Source: an uncultured delta proteobacterium
GTDB taxonomy: Bacteria > Myxococcota_A > Polyangia > Polyangiales > Polyangiaceae
DNA: 64,000 bases
Reading direction: 5' to 3'
Assembly (NCBI GenBank): GCA_963782055.1
Contig: CAWAIF010000003.1
Span: 2,304,001 to 2,368,000 of the forward strand
Shown here: in pieces, positions 1-9,751 of the stretch
Layout: each line of letters starts with the position of its first letter
Position numbering within the stretch: position 1 is the stretch's first letter
The notes under the pieces: model-generated
The model's database searches: none
What the model was told of the DNA's origin: nothing
The model's input: the letters and a program-made list of their open reading frames with translations, nothing else
Made by a program: the position numbers and the translations under genes

Positions 1-107
1 GTGCGCTCGATCACGCGCGACGACATCGCCACTCGGCTCGTCGCCCGCGGGGTGCGTGCAATCGTTCGTCCTGCGGGGCTACTATTTCCCGGGTGCGGTC
101 GGGCAGG

Positions 108-566
108 ATGGATCAACCTGACGAGGTGATGGTCCGCGTCGGTCGGGCGATGGAGCTGGCGCACACGGGTGAGCGCGGCGCGGCTCGCGCCCTGTTCGTC
201 GAGCTCTGGGCCGAGCTCGAACCCGACGGAGATCCCTTTCACCGGTGCGCCGTCGCCCATGCCATGGCGGACCTGCAAGAGGACCCGAACGACGCGTTGA
301 CCTGGGACCTGCGAGCGCTTCGGGCCGCCGACCTCCTCACCGACGAGCGCGTCGCGGCCGGAGGCGTCGCAGGTTCCGTCCGGGGCTTCTACCCATCGCT
401 TCATCTCAACCTGGCCGACCTGTACCTGAGACTCGGCGATCGTCTCCGGGCGCGACACCACGTCGCCGCCGGGAGGGAGGCGCTCGGCGCGCTCGGCGAC
501 GACGGCTACAAACAGATGATCGTCGACGCGCTCGAGCGCATCGACAGGGAGCTCGGCCACGCTTGA
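108..566 (+). CDS. TPR-like helical hypothetical protein
   Basis: Ala/Leu-rich helical pattern (AHAMADLQ, SLHLNLADLYLRLGD..ARHH); ATG at 108 chosen over GTG at 93. Confidence 0.65.
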   Translation: MDQPDEVMVRVGRAMELAHTGERGAARALFVELWAELEPDGDPFHRCAVAHAMADLQEDPNDALTWDLRALRAADLLTDERVAAGGVAGSVRGFYPSLHLNLADLYLRLGDRLRARHHVAAGREALGALGDDGYKQMIVDALERIDRELGHA

Positions 567-752
567 TGCCGGGACCTGCCGCACGCACGGCTCCGCGTCC
601 ACCGGCACAGTGACCGGCCAGACCGTCGGCGGCGTGGCCGCGCGGCATGGTCGTGCGAGCGAGCTCGCCCGTACGGCGTCCCGTCGATTGGCCTGCGTCC
701 GGCACGGCAGCCCGGCCTGGCGCGGGTCGTGGTGGAGCGCAAGGACAGCGGG

Positions 753-1562
753 TTACGAGCAGCCGATGCGCGACGTGGCGACGGCGATGTCGTCGAACCA
801 CACGTCGTACGCCGCAGGCCCTTTGTCGGTGCCGAAGAGCGAGATGCCGAAGTCGTGCGACTGGAACGAGTCCTTTCCCCAGCTTCCCTCGTGCAGGTCC
901 GCCAACGGCGTGCCGTCGAGCCAGTAGTCGGCGGTGCCTGCGGCCGGGTTGAAATTCCACTCCATGCACGCCCAGTGGCCGATCGGAACGCCGGTCGTGG
1001 AGTGACTCGCCGTCTCGTTCGACGAGAAGTACGCGAGCGACATGAGCGTGCCGTCCTGCGACGCGAAGGTGTAGGTCGCCTTCGGGCCGCTCGCCCAGAA
1101 GTAGGCGACGTGAGCGATCGGCGCCGATGGTTCGAAGTAGATCCACGCGCGCCCGAAGAGGTTCGCCCCGGTTTGCGGGAACGTCCTCGTCTCGGTGACG
1201 TGCGCGTCGGCGCCGGCGTTCGGGGGTACGTGCGCGTGCAGGGACTGGGCTCCGCTGTGGGCGTGCGTCGTGGAGAGGTCGAGTTGCCCACCGTTGTTGG
1301 TGAAGCTCGTCCATGTCGACGTGTCGATGCCGCTCGCTTCGAAGTCGTCGCACAGCAGCAGGCCTGGCGCGTCGCAGCCCGAGGTGGATGCGGGCGCGTC
1401 CGGAGCTTCCGCGTCGGCTGGGCTGGAGTCCTGCGAGGCATCGAGCTCCTGGGAGGCGTCGAAGGTCGGGGCGGCCTCGGGGGCGGTGGCGTCGCGCGCC
1501 TCGCTGCTCGGGGGTGTCGCGGAGCAGGCGGTCAGGAGGACGATGGCGATGCGCGGGATCAT
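753..1562 (-). CDS. Lipoprotein with Cip1/polysaccharide-lyase-like beta-sandwich domain
   Basis: Signal MIPRIAIVLLTA-C, Asp/Ala linker, then LLCDDFE...AHSGAQSL...WACMEW...VWFDDIAV. Confidence 0.7.
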   Translation of the reverse strand: MIPRIAIVLLTACSATPPSSEARDATAPEAAPTFDASQELDASQDSSPADAEAPDAPASTSGCDAPGLLLCDDFEASGIDTSTWTSFTNNGGQLDLSTTHAHSGAQSLHAHVPPNAGADAHVTETRTFPQTGANLFGRAWIYFEPSAPIAHVAYFWASGPKATYTFASQDGTLMSLAYFSSNETASHSTTGVPIGHWACMEWNFNPAAGTADYWLDGTPLADLHEGSWGKDSFQSHDFGISLFGTDKGPAAYDVWFDDIAVATSRIGCS

Positions 1563-1793
1563 GCACCGGCAGGCATGCAGGAACCGAACCACCTCCACGG
1601 AGCAGGTCTCCGCGCCGGCCTGGGCCGTGCTTCGAGGGCGAGCGGACGAAGCGTCTCTGCGCGAGGGGGACGATGTCCCCTGTCCCGTCCGGCCGCGCTA
1701 CTATCCGGCGACGCGCCACCGCCGGTCCGCGGCGACGCTACCTCGACGGCGAGAACTTGAACGTGGTCGACCCGCTGGCGTTCGCGCGAAACG

Positions 1794-3704
1794 ATGGGCA
1801 CTGACAAGAAGGTCGTCGCAGCATGGTCGCGCATCGAGGCGTGGCTCTCGGACCATGCTCGCGTGGTCCGCGACGCGCTCGCGAAGCCCGCCACCGAGAA
1901 GAAGCTCCGTGGTGCCGAGAAGGCGATGGGCCTCGCGTTGCCCCAGGAGCTGCGACAGCTCTACCTGCTTCACGACGGCACCGCGCGTGGCACCCTCGGC
2001 CTGTTCGACGGGTGGAGGTGGATCGCCATCGACGAGGTCGTGGCGGAGTGGCGGGATTGGAAGGCTCTCCTCGAGGAGCACGGCGACGCCTGGGCGGCCG
2101 AGCCCCCCGACGCCGACCGTGGAGTACGTGCCGAGAACTGGAACGCGAAGTGGATTCCGATCACCAGCAGCGGGTCGGGCGATCATCACTGCGTCGACCT
2201 GGCTCCGGCGAGGGGCGGCGTGCCGGGCCAGGTCATTCGCATGTGGCACGACGAGCCGCTGCGCCAGTTGAAGGCGAGGAGCGTGTCCGAATGGCTCGAG
2301 CACCTCGCCGACGGTCTCGAATCTGGCCGGCTCACCTGGTCCGCCGAGGACGAGCGCATCGACGAAGGAGGCAGTGCTCCCGTGACGCCGACGCCGCCAC
2401 GGCGCTTCACGATGACCGGGGGCGGCTCGAACAAGTTCTGGGAGATCCGGGTCGAGGGCGCGAGCACCACGGTGCGTCACGGCCGTGTGGGCCAAGCAGG
2501 GCGGGAGCAGACCAAGTCCCATGCGAGCGCTGCGGCGGCCTCGAGGGCGGCGGGAGAGCTGATCGCCCAGAAGACGAGGAAGGGGTACGTCGAGGCGCGC
2601 GCCCCCGAGCGGGCGAGCCGCACCCCGGGACGAGAGTCCTCTTCGGAGCACGGGGTCCCGACGTGGGCGATGCCAGGCCACGACGCCCAGCGCACCGGTT
2701 TCAGTGGCTACCGCGGGCCACAGTCGGCGACATGCAGGGTGCTCTTCACCGCCAGCGAAGATGCGGAGCTCACGGCGCCTGCGGTGGCCACCGACGGCAC
2801 CATCCACTTTGCCTGCGACAACAAGGTGTATGCGGTCACGCCGCAAGGCAAGAAGAAGTGGGTCTTCTCCACCCGTAGCCCCAATGTGGTGTGTGGCCCG
2901 GTCGTCGGCGGCGACGGCACCATCTACGTCGGCCACGACGACTACCTGGTCGCCGTCAGCCCTGACGGCAAGAAGAAGTGGGCCTTCCGGAGCGAGTATT
3001 TCGTCAACGACGTGGCGATCGATCGCGACGGCACGGTCTACCTCGTGACCGAGTCCAGCATGGTCTACGCGGTGACCGCCGGGGGAAAGCAGTGGGTGTT
3101 CCGTCCCGAGGGAATTGGCTCCCTCGCCCCGCCCGCGATCGGCCACGACAAGACCGTCTATCTTGGCTCCAGAAGATCGACGCTGGAGCGAGGGAAGTGG
3201 TCGCACCGCGACGCGCTGGTCGCCCTCGGCCCCGAAGGTACCCAGAAGTGGGCGTTCTCCACGGGTGACGCGATCGTCTGCTCGCCCGTCGTCGGCAACG
3301 ACGGGACGATCTACGTGGGGTCGAACGACCAGCACCTGTACGCGATCACGCCTCAGGGCACGAAGAAGTGGGCCTTTCGAGCGCCGGCCGAACCCTCGTC
3401 GCCGGCCCTCGCCAAGGACGGCACCATCTACCTCGGTTGCGCAGGTAAGCTGCTCGCGATCGGCGCCGAGGGCCGGAAGAAGTGGGCGCTTCCAGTCGCC
3501 GTGAGCTCGCCGCCCATCGTCGGCAATGACGGGCTGGTCTATCTCGGGACGCGGGAAGGCCTCTGCGCCGTCACCCCGGCAGGAAAGAGGATGTGGGTCT
3601 CGCCGGTGGAGGACGGAGTGAGCACGCCGCTCGCCATGACCCAGCGGGGCACGTTGTATTTCTCGAGCGGCGTTCCGGGGAAACTGTACGCGATCGGGCC
3701 TTGA
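1794..3704 (+). CDS. SMI1/KNR4 (SUKH) + WGR + PQQ-like beta-propeller fusion protein
   Basis: N-term W.RIEAWL...LPQELRQLY..HDG...WIPI...GDHHCVDLAP...GQVI; middle SNKFWEI...VRHGRVG..G...KTRKGY; C-term repeated P..G.DGTIY.G...LYA..P.G.KKW blades. Confidence 0.85.
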   Translation: MGTDKKVVAAWSRIEAWLSDHARVVRDALAKPATEKKLRGAEKAMGLALPQELRQLYLLHDGTARGTLGLFDGWRWIAIDEVVAEWRDWKALLEEHGDAWAAEPPDADRGVRAENWNAKWIPITSSGSGDHHCVDLAPARGGVPGQVIRMWHDEPLRQLKARSVSEWLEHLADGLESGRLTWSAEDERIDEGGSAPVTPTPPRRFTMTGGGSNKFWEIRVEGASTTVRHGRVGQAGREQTKSHASAAAASRAAGELIAQKTRKGYVEARAPERASRTPGRESSSEHGVPTWAMPGHDAQRTGFSGYRGPQSATCRVLFTASEDAELTAPAVATDGTIHFACDNKVYAVTPQGKKKWVFSTRSPNVVCGPVVGGDGTIYVGHDDYLVAVSPDGKKKWAFRSEYFVNDVAIDRDGTVYLVTESSMVYAVTAGGKQWVFRPEGIGSLAPPAIGHDKTVYLGSRRSTLERGKWSHRDALVALGPEGTQKWAFSTGDAIVCSPVVGNDGTIYVGSNDQHLYAITPQGTKKWAFRAPAEPSSPALAKDGTIYLGCAGKLLAIGAEGRKKWALPVAVSSPPIVGNDGLVYLGTREGLCAVTPAGKRMWVSPVEDGVSTPLAMTQRGTLYFSSGVPGKLYAIGP

Positions 3705-3742
3705 CGGTCTCGGAGCCGGCCACGGAGTCACCGGTTCGGATC

Positions 3743-4126
3743 TCAGAAGAGAACACGCCAGCGGACGTCCGGCCCACCGGCGAAGCCGCTGTAATGGTGG
3801 GCGGACACCTGGGATCTCGACTGCGCCTCGGTCGCGGTGCCGTCGCAGCTGGCCGTGCCCCCGCTCGGCAGGTCGCCGTAGACGTGCGCGCGCCCCTCGC
3901 CGTTCGCCTGGAAGTACCAGCCGGCGAACGGCTGGGTCGTCGTGTACGCCTGGCACGTGCCCTGGTCGGCGTCGCTCAAGGTGATCATGTCCCCCACGTA
4001 CGACGGATCGCAGTGCTCGGTGATCTCCCACACGCCGCGGGTGTCGAAGCACCCCGGCCCGCTGCAGCCGAGCACCGTCACCGCGGTCGCCGCCGCGACC
4101 GTACACGCGAACACCGTCTTCTTCAC
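3743..4126 (-). CDS. Small Cys-containing lipoprotein, hypothetical
   Basis: GTG start giving MKKTVFACTVAAATAVTVLG-C, preceded by GAGGA; several Cys. Confidence 0.6.
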   Translation of the reverse strand: MKKTVFACTVAAATAVTVLGCSGPGCFDTRGVWEITEHCDPSYVGDMITLSDADQGTCQAYTTTQPFAGWYFQANGEGRAHVYGDLPSGGTASCDGTATEAQSRSQVSAHHYSGFAGGPDVRWRVLF

Positions 4127-4194
4127 GTCGCCGTCTTCCTCGCCCCAGGTGTTTGAGTTCGCGCCGAGCAGGGGCGCGGGTCGTCGGGTGGCCC

Positions 4195-4530
4195 TCAGTA
4201 GCAGCCGCTGCCCACGCAGGAGCCGAAGTCGCAGTAGCAGTTGGCGCCGTCGCAGAAGTGCGACGAGGTCCACGTGCCGTTGGCGCAGATCGCCGTGTGG
4301 TAGACGTCTTGCAGCCCTTCTCGCCGTCGGAGTACGTGATCTGATCCACGCTGCTGTGGCAGGTCCCTCCTCCCCCCGCACCATCGTTGCCCGCGTCGGC
4401 GCCGGCGCCGGACGGGCAAGTGACAGGATGATCGGCGCAGTTTTGGTACTGGCCGTCCGGGTTCGCGAGGCTGTCGTACCGCTTCGCGTCGCTCAGGCTC
4501 CGGAACTGGTAGTTGTCGAGGTCGCGCTCG
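4195..4530 (-). pseudogene. C-terminal fragment of a Cys-rich secreted protein with a frameshift near 4305
   Basis: NYQFRSLSDAKRY...NCADHPVTCPSGAGADAG...CKTS in one frame continues as YHTAICANGTWTSSHFCDGANCYCDFGSCVGSGCY* in another; no convincing start. Confidence 0.5.
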
Positions 4531-4958
4531 TGGCCAAGCCGCGACGGACGTCGTGCTTCGAGGGTCGACGGGCGCCTCCGCGCCACCATGACGGGTATCC
4601 GATGTTGCGCGCTTCATCGTCGACGGGGACGGTAGCGTCGGGCCGCGCGGCGCCTCCATGGTCATTTTGCTGGACGTGATCGAGCGCGGCTCGCGTGATA
4701 GAAGAGAGGTCGGGCGGGTGAGTGCCATGCGGGCGTGGCGGCCCCAGCCCTCCGGGGATCATGGGACGACAAGGGAGACTCAGGCGGCAGCTCGCGCTGT
4801 GCGATCTCGCTCGACGCTCCTAGGCTCTGGAGCGTGACCCGATCGAGACGGTCCCGTGGACGGCCAGTCTGCCGTTTGGCGATCCGAATCATGAGTACGA
4901 AGAAGCTATCCGCCATCTTCGTCCCCGCGCCACGACGGCGAGACGGTAGAATCAGCCC

Positions 4959-5711
4959 ATGACCTGCCAGTACTGCGGTGCGCCGATCGAGCGGTCCACC
5001 ACCGGCCCCACGACCTGTAACTTCTGTCAGCGCGTCAACGATCCGCTTCCGAAACAGGTGGAGGTGCCCGTCCCGGTGCAGATCGTCCAGAACGTGGTGC
5101 AGGTGGTGGGCGAGGCCCCCGCCGAGACGCGCGAGCTCCGCTGCCCGCAGTGCCGCAAGCGGCTCGTCACCGCGAAGGTCAAGGACGTGGAGCTGAGCGG
5201 CTGTGTCGGGTGCGGCGGCATCTGGATCGAGAACGCGAGCGCGCGCCGCGTGCTCTCCGATCCCGAGCCCCTCTTCGCGGAGATGGCCACGCGCGCCGGC
5301 AACAACGCGCGCAATCGCGCGACGCATGCCGATCAGCGCACCTGCCCCGCGTGCCCGGCCATCCTGGATCGCGTCCGCTCGCACGGCATCGAGCTCGACG
5401 TGTGCACCGATCACGGCACCTGGTTCGATGCCTTCGAGCTGGCGACGCTCATGCGCATCCTTCGTGGCGAGCAGCCCGCTGCCGGCGGCCGAACCATCCT
5501 CTGCTCTGGCTGCCAACGCCCGATCCTCGCCGACCACGCCAACATCACCGATCGCGGCTTGCAATGCGACGCGTGCTGGCGCGGCGAGCAGCAAGAGGAG
5601 ATCGCGCGGTTCGAGCAGAGCGTGCAGGGTGGCGGGAGCGCGGCGGGCGTCGCCGTGGGCGGAGTGATGCTCGGCGTCGCGGCGGCGATGCTCGGCGCCT
5701 CCAGCAGGTGA
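4959..5711 (+). CDS. Multi zinc-ribbon (zf-TFIIB-type) protein with hydrophobic C-terminus
   Basis: CQYC..CNFC; CPQC...CVGCGGIWI; CPAC...ELDVCTDHGTWFDAFEL; CSGC...CDAC; C-terminal hydrophobic helix. Confidence 0.8.
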   Translation: MTCQYCGAPIERSTTGPTTCNFCQRVNDPLPKQVEVPVPVQIVQNVVQVVGEAPAETRELRCPQCRKRLVTAKVKDVELSGCVGCGGIWIENASARRVLSDPEPLFAEMATRAGNNARNRATHADQRTCPACPAILDRVRSHGIELDVCTDHGTWFDAFELATLMRILRGEQPAAGGRTILCSGCQRPILADHANITDRGLQCDACWRGEQQEEIARFEQSVQGGGSAAGVAVGGVMLGVAAAMLGASSR

Positions 5712-5926
5712 CGCGCCTCGCGCGCTCTCGGACTCGGGGAAGCGGCGGGCACATCCCGCCCCGCCTATGGTTGCGCTCGCAAGGGGGCTGAAGAACGAGC
5801 GCATCAGGATGCGGGGGTGTTCTCCAACCCGGACCGCGACTTCGATTGGTCTCGGTCGTCCGGCGCGGGTCAGCGTGCGCTTTTCTGGTTTCCACGCCCC
5901 CGCAGCGAGGCTAATTTACGGCTGTC

Positions 5927-6394
5927 ATGAAGAAAACCGCCCTCCTCCTGCTGGTGCTCCTCTTCGTCACCGCGTGCAAGTTCGGCCTCAACACCAAGAA
6001 GCTGGAAGGCCTCATCACGAGCTCCTGCAAGGCGAAGGGGCTCGAGCTCACGTCGGTGCAGTGCCCCAAGCGCTCCGAGAAGAAGGGGGACACCTTCGAC
6101 TGCACGGGCACGACGGCCGACGGGCAGGCGCTCGTCTTTCACGTCACGCAGACAGACAGCAAGGGCAACGTGGACTGGAAGCTCGATGGGGCCATCGTGG
6201 ACGCCAAGAAGGTGGGCGACAGCATCAAGGGGAAGATCGGCGCGCAGGCGGACGTGAAGTGCCCCTCCAAGGTGACGGTGCTCACCAAGGGCAAGGTCCT
6301 CAACTGCGCGGCCACGATCAACAACAAGGATCACATGGTCCAGGTCACCGCCAATGAAGACGCCAGCGACGTGAACTGGAAGATCATGAACTGA
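5927..6394 (+). CDS. DUF4333-like lipoprotein (two repeats)
   Basis: MKKTALLLLVLLFVTA-C; two V.CP......G..F/L.C repeats. Confidence 0.75.
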   Translation: MKKTALLLLVLLFVTACKFGLNTKKLEGLITSSCKAKGLELTSVQCPKRSEKKGDTFDCTGTTADGQALVFHVTQTDSKGNVDWKLDGAIVDAKKVGDSIKGKIGAQADVKCPSKVTVLTKGKVLNCAATINNKDHMVQVTANEDASDVNWKIMN

Positions 6395-6425
6395 CCGGCG
6401 ACGGCCGCGCGACGGCCTCCAGCGG

Positions 6426-6453
6426 CGCGAGGCGGACGTTGACCTCCGCCTCG
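6426..6453 (+). terminator. Stem-loop downstream of the DUF4333-like gene
   Basis: GCGAGGCGGA-(8 nt)-TCCGCCTCGC perfect 10-bp inverted repeat; no U-tract. Confidence 0.35.
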
Positions 6454-6567
6454 CGGCCGAGGATCCGCAGCGAGTCGCCCAGGCACGACCACGCAACCGC
6501 GTGACGAGGTCGCCAGACGTCCCTTCACCTGGGGACGCGCCGCGCTCTCCGACACGCAAGCGGCGCC

Positions 6568-6969
6568 GTGCTACGGTGTCGCGTACTTCTCATGCGCCAA
6601 GTGCACTGGACCTTCATCGAGGAGTTCCCGCCAGAACACCGGCGGCGCGGTTGCCCGAGCTCCAGGATATGGGAGGCCGACTTCGTCGCCATGCGGCTGA
6701 CGATCCGGCTGGGGGACCAAGAGTCAGAGAGCGAGCTGCGCCGCATCGATAGCGCGAGGTGGGAGCACCGGTTGCCTCCGGCGTCTCGACAGGCGGAGGT
6801 GGATCGCTCTCGCACAGGGGTTTTGGGGACGCTGCCGACCTCGCTCGAGGAGCACCCCGAGCCTCTCGCCAACGCGGAGCGTCTCCTTGACGATTCCGTG
6901 GAGTGGAGGCCGCTCTCCCCAGGGCTCGCACTCTCCATCGAGGTGGCCCATCAACGGTTCGCCGGCTGA
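6568..6969 (+). CDS. Hypothetical protein
   Basis: 133-aa ORF with ordinary composition and no recognisable motif; start uncertain. Confidence 0.35.
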   Translation: MLRCRVLLMRQVHWTFIEEFPPEHRRRGCPSSRIWEADFVAMRLTIRLGDQESESELRRIDSARWEHRLPPASRQAEVDRSRTGVLGTLPTSLEEHPEPLANAERLLDDSVEWRPLSPGLALSIEVAHQRFAG

Positions 6970-7216
6970 TGGTCGAGCGAGGCGGGGTGGATGTGAGTCT
7001 TCCAGGGTCCCCCGGGTGGGGCGCATCGCGTTGATGGGGGTTGGCCAGCTTCGCGCCGCGAACGGGATGGCAGCTGGCGCGCGCGGGTCGCCCCCTGGGT
7101 GCCGTGGTCGGGACGTTCGCATTGGCAGCCGCGTGGTGTGGACGCACGTCTCGACGATGTTCTCGATCTTGGGAGCCGTGTGAAGCCACCCCTCGTCCGC
7201 GCGGGCTCGAGGCGCT

Positions 7217-7437
7217 TCACAGCAAGGTCGCCAGCGCGCGCTCCAGGGACTCCGAGGGGCCCTGCCACGCCTGCCGCACGAGCGCGGCGCGCTGCTGCAC
7301 GGTGCGGCGGAGATCCTCGAACCATCAGCGTCCTCACGAAGCGGCTCGAGGAGCGAGCGCCGGTTCATCCAGCCGAGGTCCAGGAGGCCCGCGCCGACGG
7401 CACTCTCCGCTGCAAACGGGATGGCGTTGTTCGTCAC
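7217..7437 (-). pseudogene. Remnant resembling the C-terminal tail of myxobacterial Ser/Thr kinase-TPR proteins
   Basis: AVGAGLLDLGWMNRRSLLEPLRED, then after a frameshift FEDLRRTVQQRAALVRQAW...*; no upstream kinase body. Confidence 0.45.
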
Positions 7438-7453
7438 CCGTCGATGGACCAGG

Positions 7454-7771
7454 TCATGGGCTGTGTTCGATCGTCACCTTGGTTTTGGGCGAGCGCTTCG
7501 CGAACACGAGCACCCCGTACACCGCCAGCATGCCCAGCGCGAGGCGCAGCGCGAGCGCGTGGCGGTCGACGTGAACGTCGTACGCGGGCGCGCAGAACCC
7601 GTCGGTGTGGGTCGGTCCGCGCGCCGAGGGCCTCAACGTGCGTGTCTCGACCTGCGTGAACAAGAACGACGCGACCAGGGGCAGGACGAGGAACAACCCC
7701 CACACGCGACGCCTCGCGCGAACCACGGTCCGTGTCGTGACCTGCGGCTCGCGGTCTCGGTATGGCAGCAT
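7454..7771 (-). CDS. Small two-TM membrane protein
   Basis: MLPYRD start; hydrophobic VWGLFLVLPLVASFLF and LALRLALGMLAVYGVLVF. Confidence 0.55.
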   Translation of the reverse strand: MLPYRDREPQVTTRTVVRARRRVWGLFLVLPLVASFLFTQVETRTLRPSARGPTHTDGFCAPAYDVHVDRHALALRLALGMLAVYGVLVFAKRSPKTKVTIEHSP

Positions 7772-7932
7772 CGGCCGATGGTAACGTAAAGGACATGCGA
7801 GCGAGCGTCCGTACCGCCTTCGTGCAGGACACCTCCGCCGCGATCGGCCTGGAGGCCCCTCCAGACTCCGCCCGCCGGGAAGATGGCTGATCGAGCGCGG
7901 TCGGGCGCCGTGCTTTGCTGTAGATTTCCTGC

Positions 7933-9162
7933 ATGCGCAAGAGTCCCCGGGAGCCCGCACGCACGCGTCGGTCCGCGACGCGCGGTCTCGTCGCCGCCGT
8001 GACCGTGGGCGCCGCGGCCGTCCTCCTGTACGCGGTGGGTTGCGGCGGCGACGACGTCGAGCAGGCGGTCGACGCGGGTCCGGAGGGCTCCTTCGACGCG
8101 CAGGGTTTGGACGTCGCGGTCGACGCGCCGGTGGACGGCGAGGACGCCGGCGCGGTGGACGCCGGTCCGGGGGACGCCTCGGACGCCTCGGACGGCGCGG
8201 CCTCGCCGCCTGCGAGCTGCACGCCTGGCGGCCCCGGAATGACCAACTGCGGCGCGGGCGGCGACGGCGGCGGCAACGAGAGCTGCTGCGCGAGCCTGCC
8301 GGTGACGGGCGGCACGTTCGACCGCACGTACACGAACGACGGCAGCGGCGCGACGGGCAAGGGTGACCCGGCGACGGTGTCGAGCTTCCGGCTGGACAAG
8401 TACGACGTGACCGTCGGCCGCTTCCGCCAGTTCGTGGCGGCGTGGGACGGCGGAAGTGGCTGGCTGCCGCCGGCCGGCTCGGGCAAGCACACACACCTGA
8501 ACGGCGGGAAGGGTCTCGAGAACGGCGCCGTGTCCGGCACCTACGAGGCTGGCTGGGACGTCGCCGACGACGCCAAGGTGCAACCCACGACGAACAACCT
8601 CTCGTGCGACTCGAAGTACCCGGTGTGGACCGACACGCCCGGTGCCAACGAGAACCTCCCGATGACGTGCATGAACTGGTACGAGGCGTACGCCTTCTGC
8701 ATCTGGGACGGCGGCTTCTTGCCGAGCGCGACGGAGTGGGAGTACGCCGCCGCCGGCGGCAGCGATCTCCGGCAGTACCCGTGGGGAAACGCCGCGCTCG
8801 GCACGACGTGTCCGGGCGCGGGCTGCTCGTACGCCATCTACGGTTGCTACTACCCGAACGGGTCGGGCGCGTGCACGAGCGCGGCCAACATCGCGAACGT
8901 CGGCACGGCCGCGCAGGGCGCGGGAGCCTGGGGGCAGCTCGACCTCGCCGGCAACGTGTGGGAGTGGAACCTGGACTGGTACGCCACCTCGTACCAGAAC
9001 CCTTGCACGGACTGCGCGGACCTCACCCCCGACATCTACCGCGCCGCCCGCGGCGGCTACTTCGGCGGCGGCGTGTCCTACCTGTTGCCGACCAATCTCA
9101 GCGGCGATGACCCGACCGGGCGCGGCGACGGGGTCGGCCTGCGTTGCGCGAGGGCGCCGTAA
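7933..9162 (+). CDS. FGE-sulfatase (SUMF1/EgtB/PvdO family) domain lipoprotein
   Basis: AVG-C lipobox; FRLDKYDVTVGRFRQF, LPSATEWEYAAAGG, YPWG, DLAGNVWEW, GLRCAR. Confidence 0.9.
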   Translation: MRKSPREPARTRRSATRGLVAAVTVGAAAVLLYAVGCGGDDVEQAVDAGPEGSFDAQGLDVAVDAPVDGEDAGAVDAGPGDASDASDGAASPPASCTPGGPGMTNCGAGGDGGGNESCCASLPVTGGTFDRTYTNDGSGATGKGDPATVSSFRLDKYDVTVGRFRQFVAAWDGGSGWLPPAGSGKHTHLNGGKGLENGAVSGTYEAGWDVADDAKVQPTTNNLSCDSKYPVWTDTPGANENLPMTCMNWYEAYAFCIWDGGFLPSATEWEYAAAGGSDLRQYPWGNAALGTTCPGAGCSYAIYGCYYPNGSGACTSAANIANVGTAAQGAGAWGQLDLAGNVWEWNLDWYATSYQNPCTDCADLTPDIYRAARGGYFGGGVSYLLPTNLSGDDPTGRGDGVGLRCARAP

Positions 9163-9189
9163 AAGGAACCGAATCCCCCCGTCCTCCAC

Positions 9190-9519
9190 GTGAAAGACCA
9201 AGCCGCGGCGGCGAAGTTCTACGGCGGTCTCTTCGGGTGGACCGGCAAGGTCGGCGAAGGCGACCCGATGAAGTACTGGCACTGGATGAACGCCGGCAAG
9301 GACATCGGCGGAATGCTCACCCTCGAGCAGCCAAACGTGCCGTCGTACTGGCTCGGTTACGTCGGCGCGTCGGACGTCGAAGGCTCGACGAAGAAGACGG
9401 TGGAGCTCGGCGGCAAGGTCCTCATGGACACGATGGACATTCCGAAGGTCGGCAAGTTCTCGATCGTCCAGGACCCGACCGGGGCCGTGTTCGCGCTGTT
9501 CCGCTCGGCGAATCTCTGA
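9190..9519 (+). pseudogene. VOC/glyoxalase family protein, apparently 5'-truncated (single domain)
   Basis: LHVKDQAAAAKFYGGLFGW...WLGYV...GGKVL...IPKVGKFSIVQDPTGAVFAL; expected W.EL strand and start missing just after the upstream stop. Confidence 0.65.
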
Positions 9520-9751
9520 CGCGAAGAGCCCGCCGGCACTCGCCGCTGGACCAACGCACCAGGCCGACGGAAGTGTCCTCGCCACCGCCTGGTTCGGCTG
9601 CCTGCTGGCGCGACCATGGCGGCTCAGGCGCGGTCACGCCGCCAGCGGCGCCCCGGGGGCAGGCGTCGCGTGGAAGGCCGCGCTCGAGTGACGTACGCTC
9701 TCGTCGCAGGGGTAGGAGCCGAGACGCTTCCTCCCCAGGGTGGAGAGTGAC

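Noticed and set aside
1701..4589. 962-aa minus-strand ORF
   Set aside because: Mostly antisense to the SMI1-WGR gene; only its first ~95 codons look like a real fragment
7933..9162. FGE-fold protein as a diversity-generating retroelement target
   Set aside because: No reverse transcriptase or template repeat seen in the window
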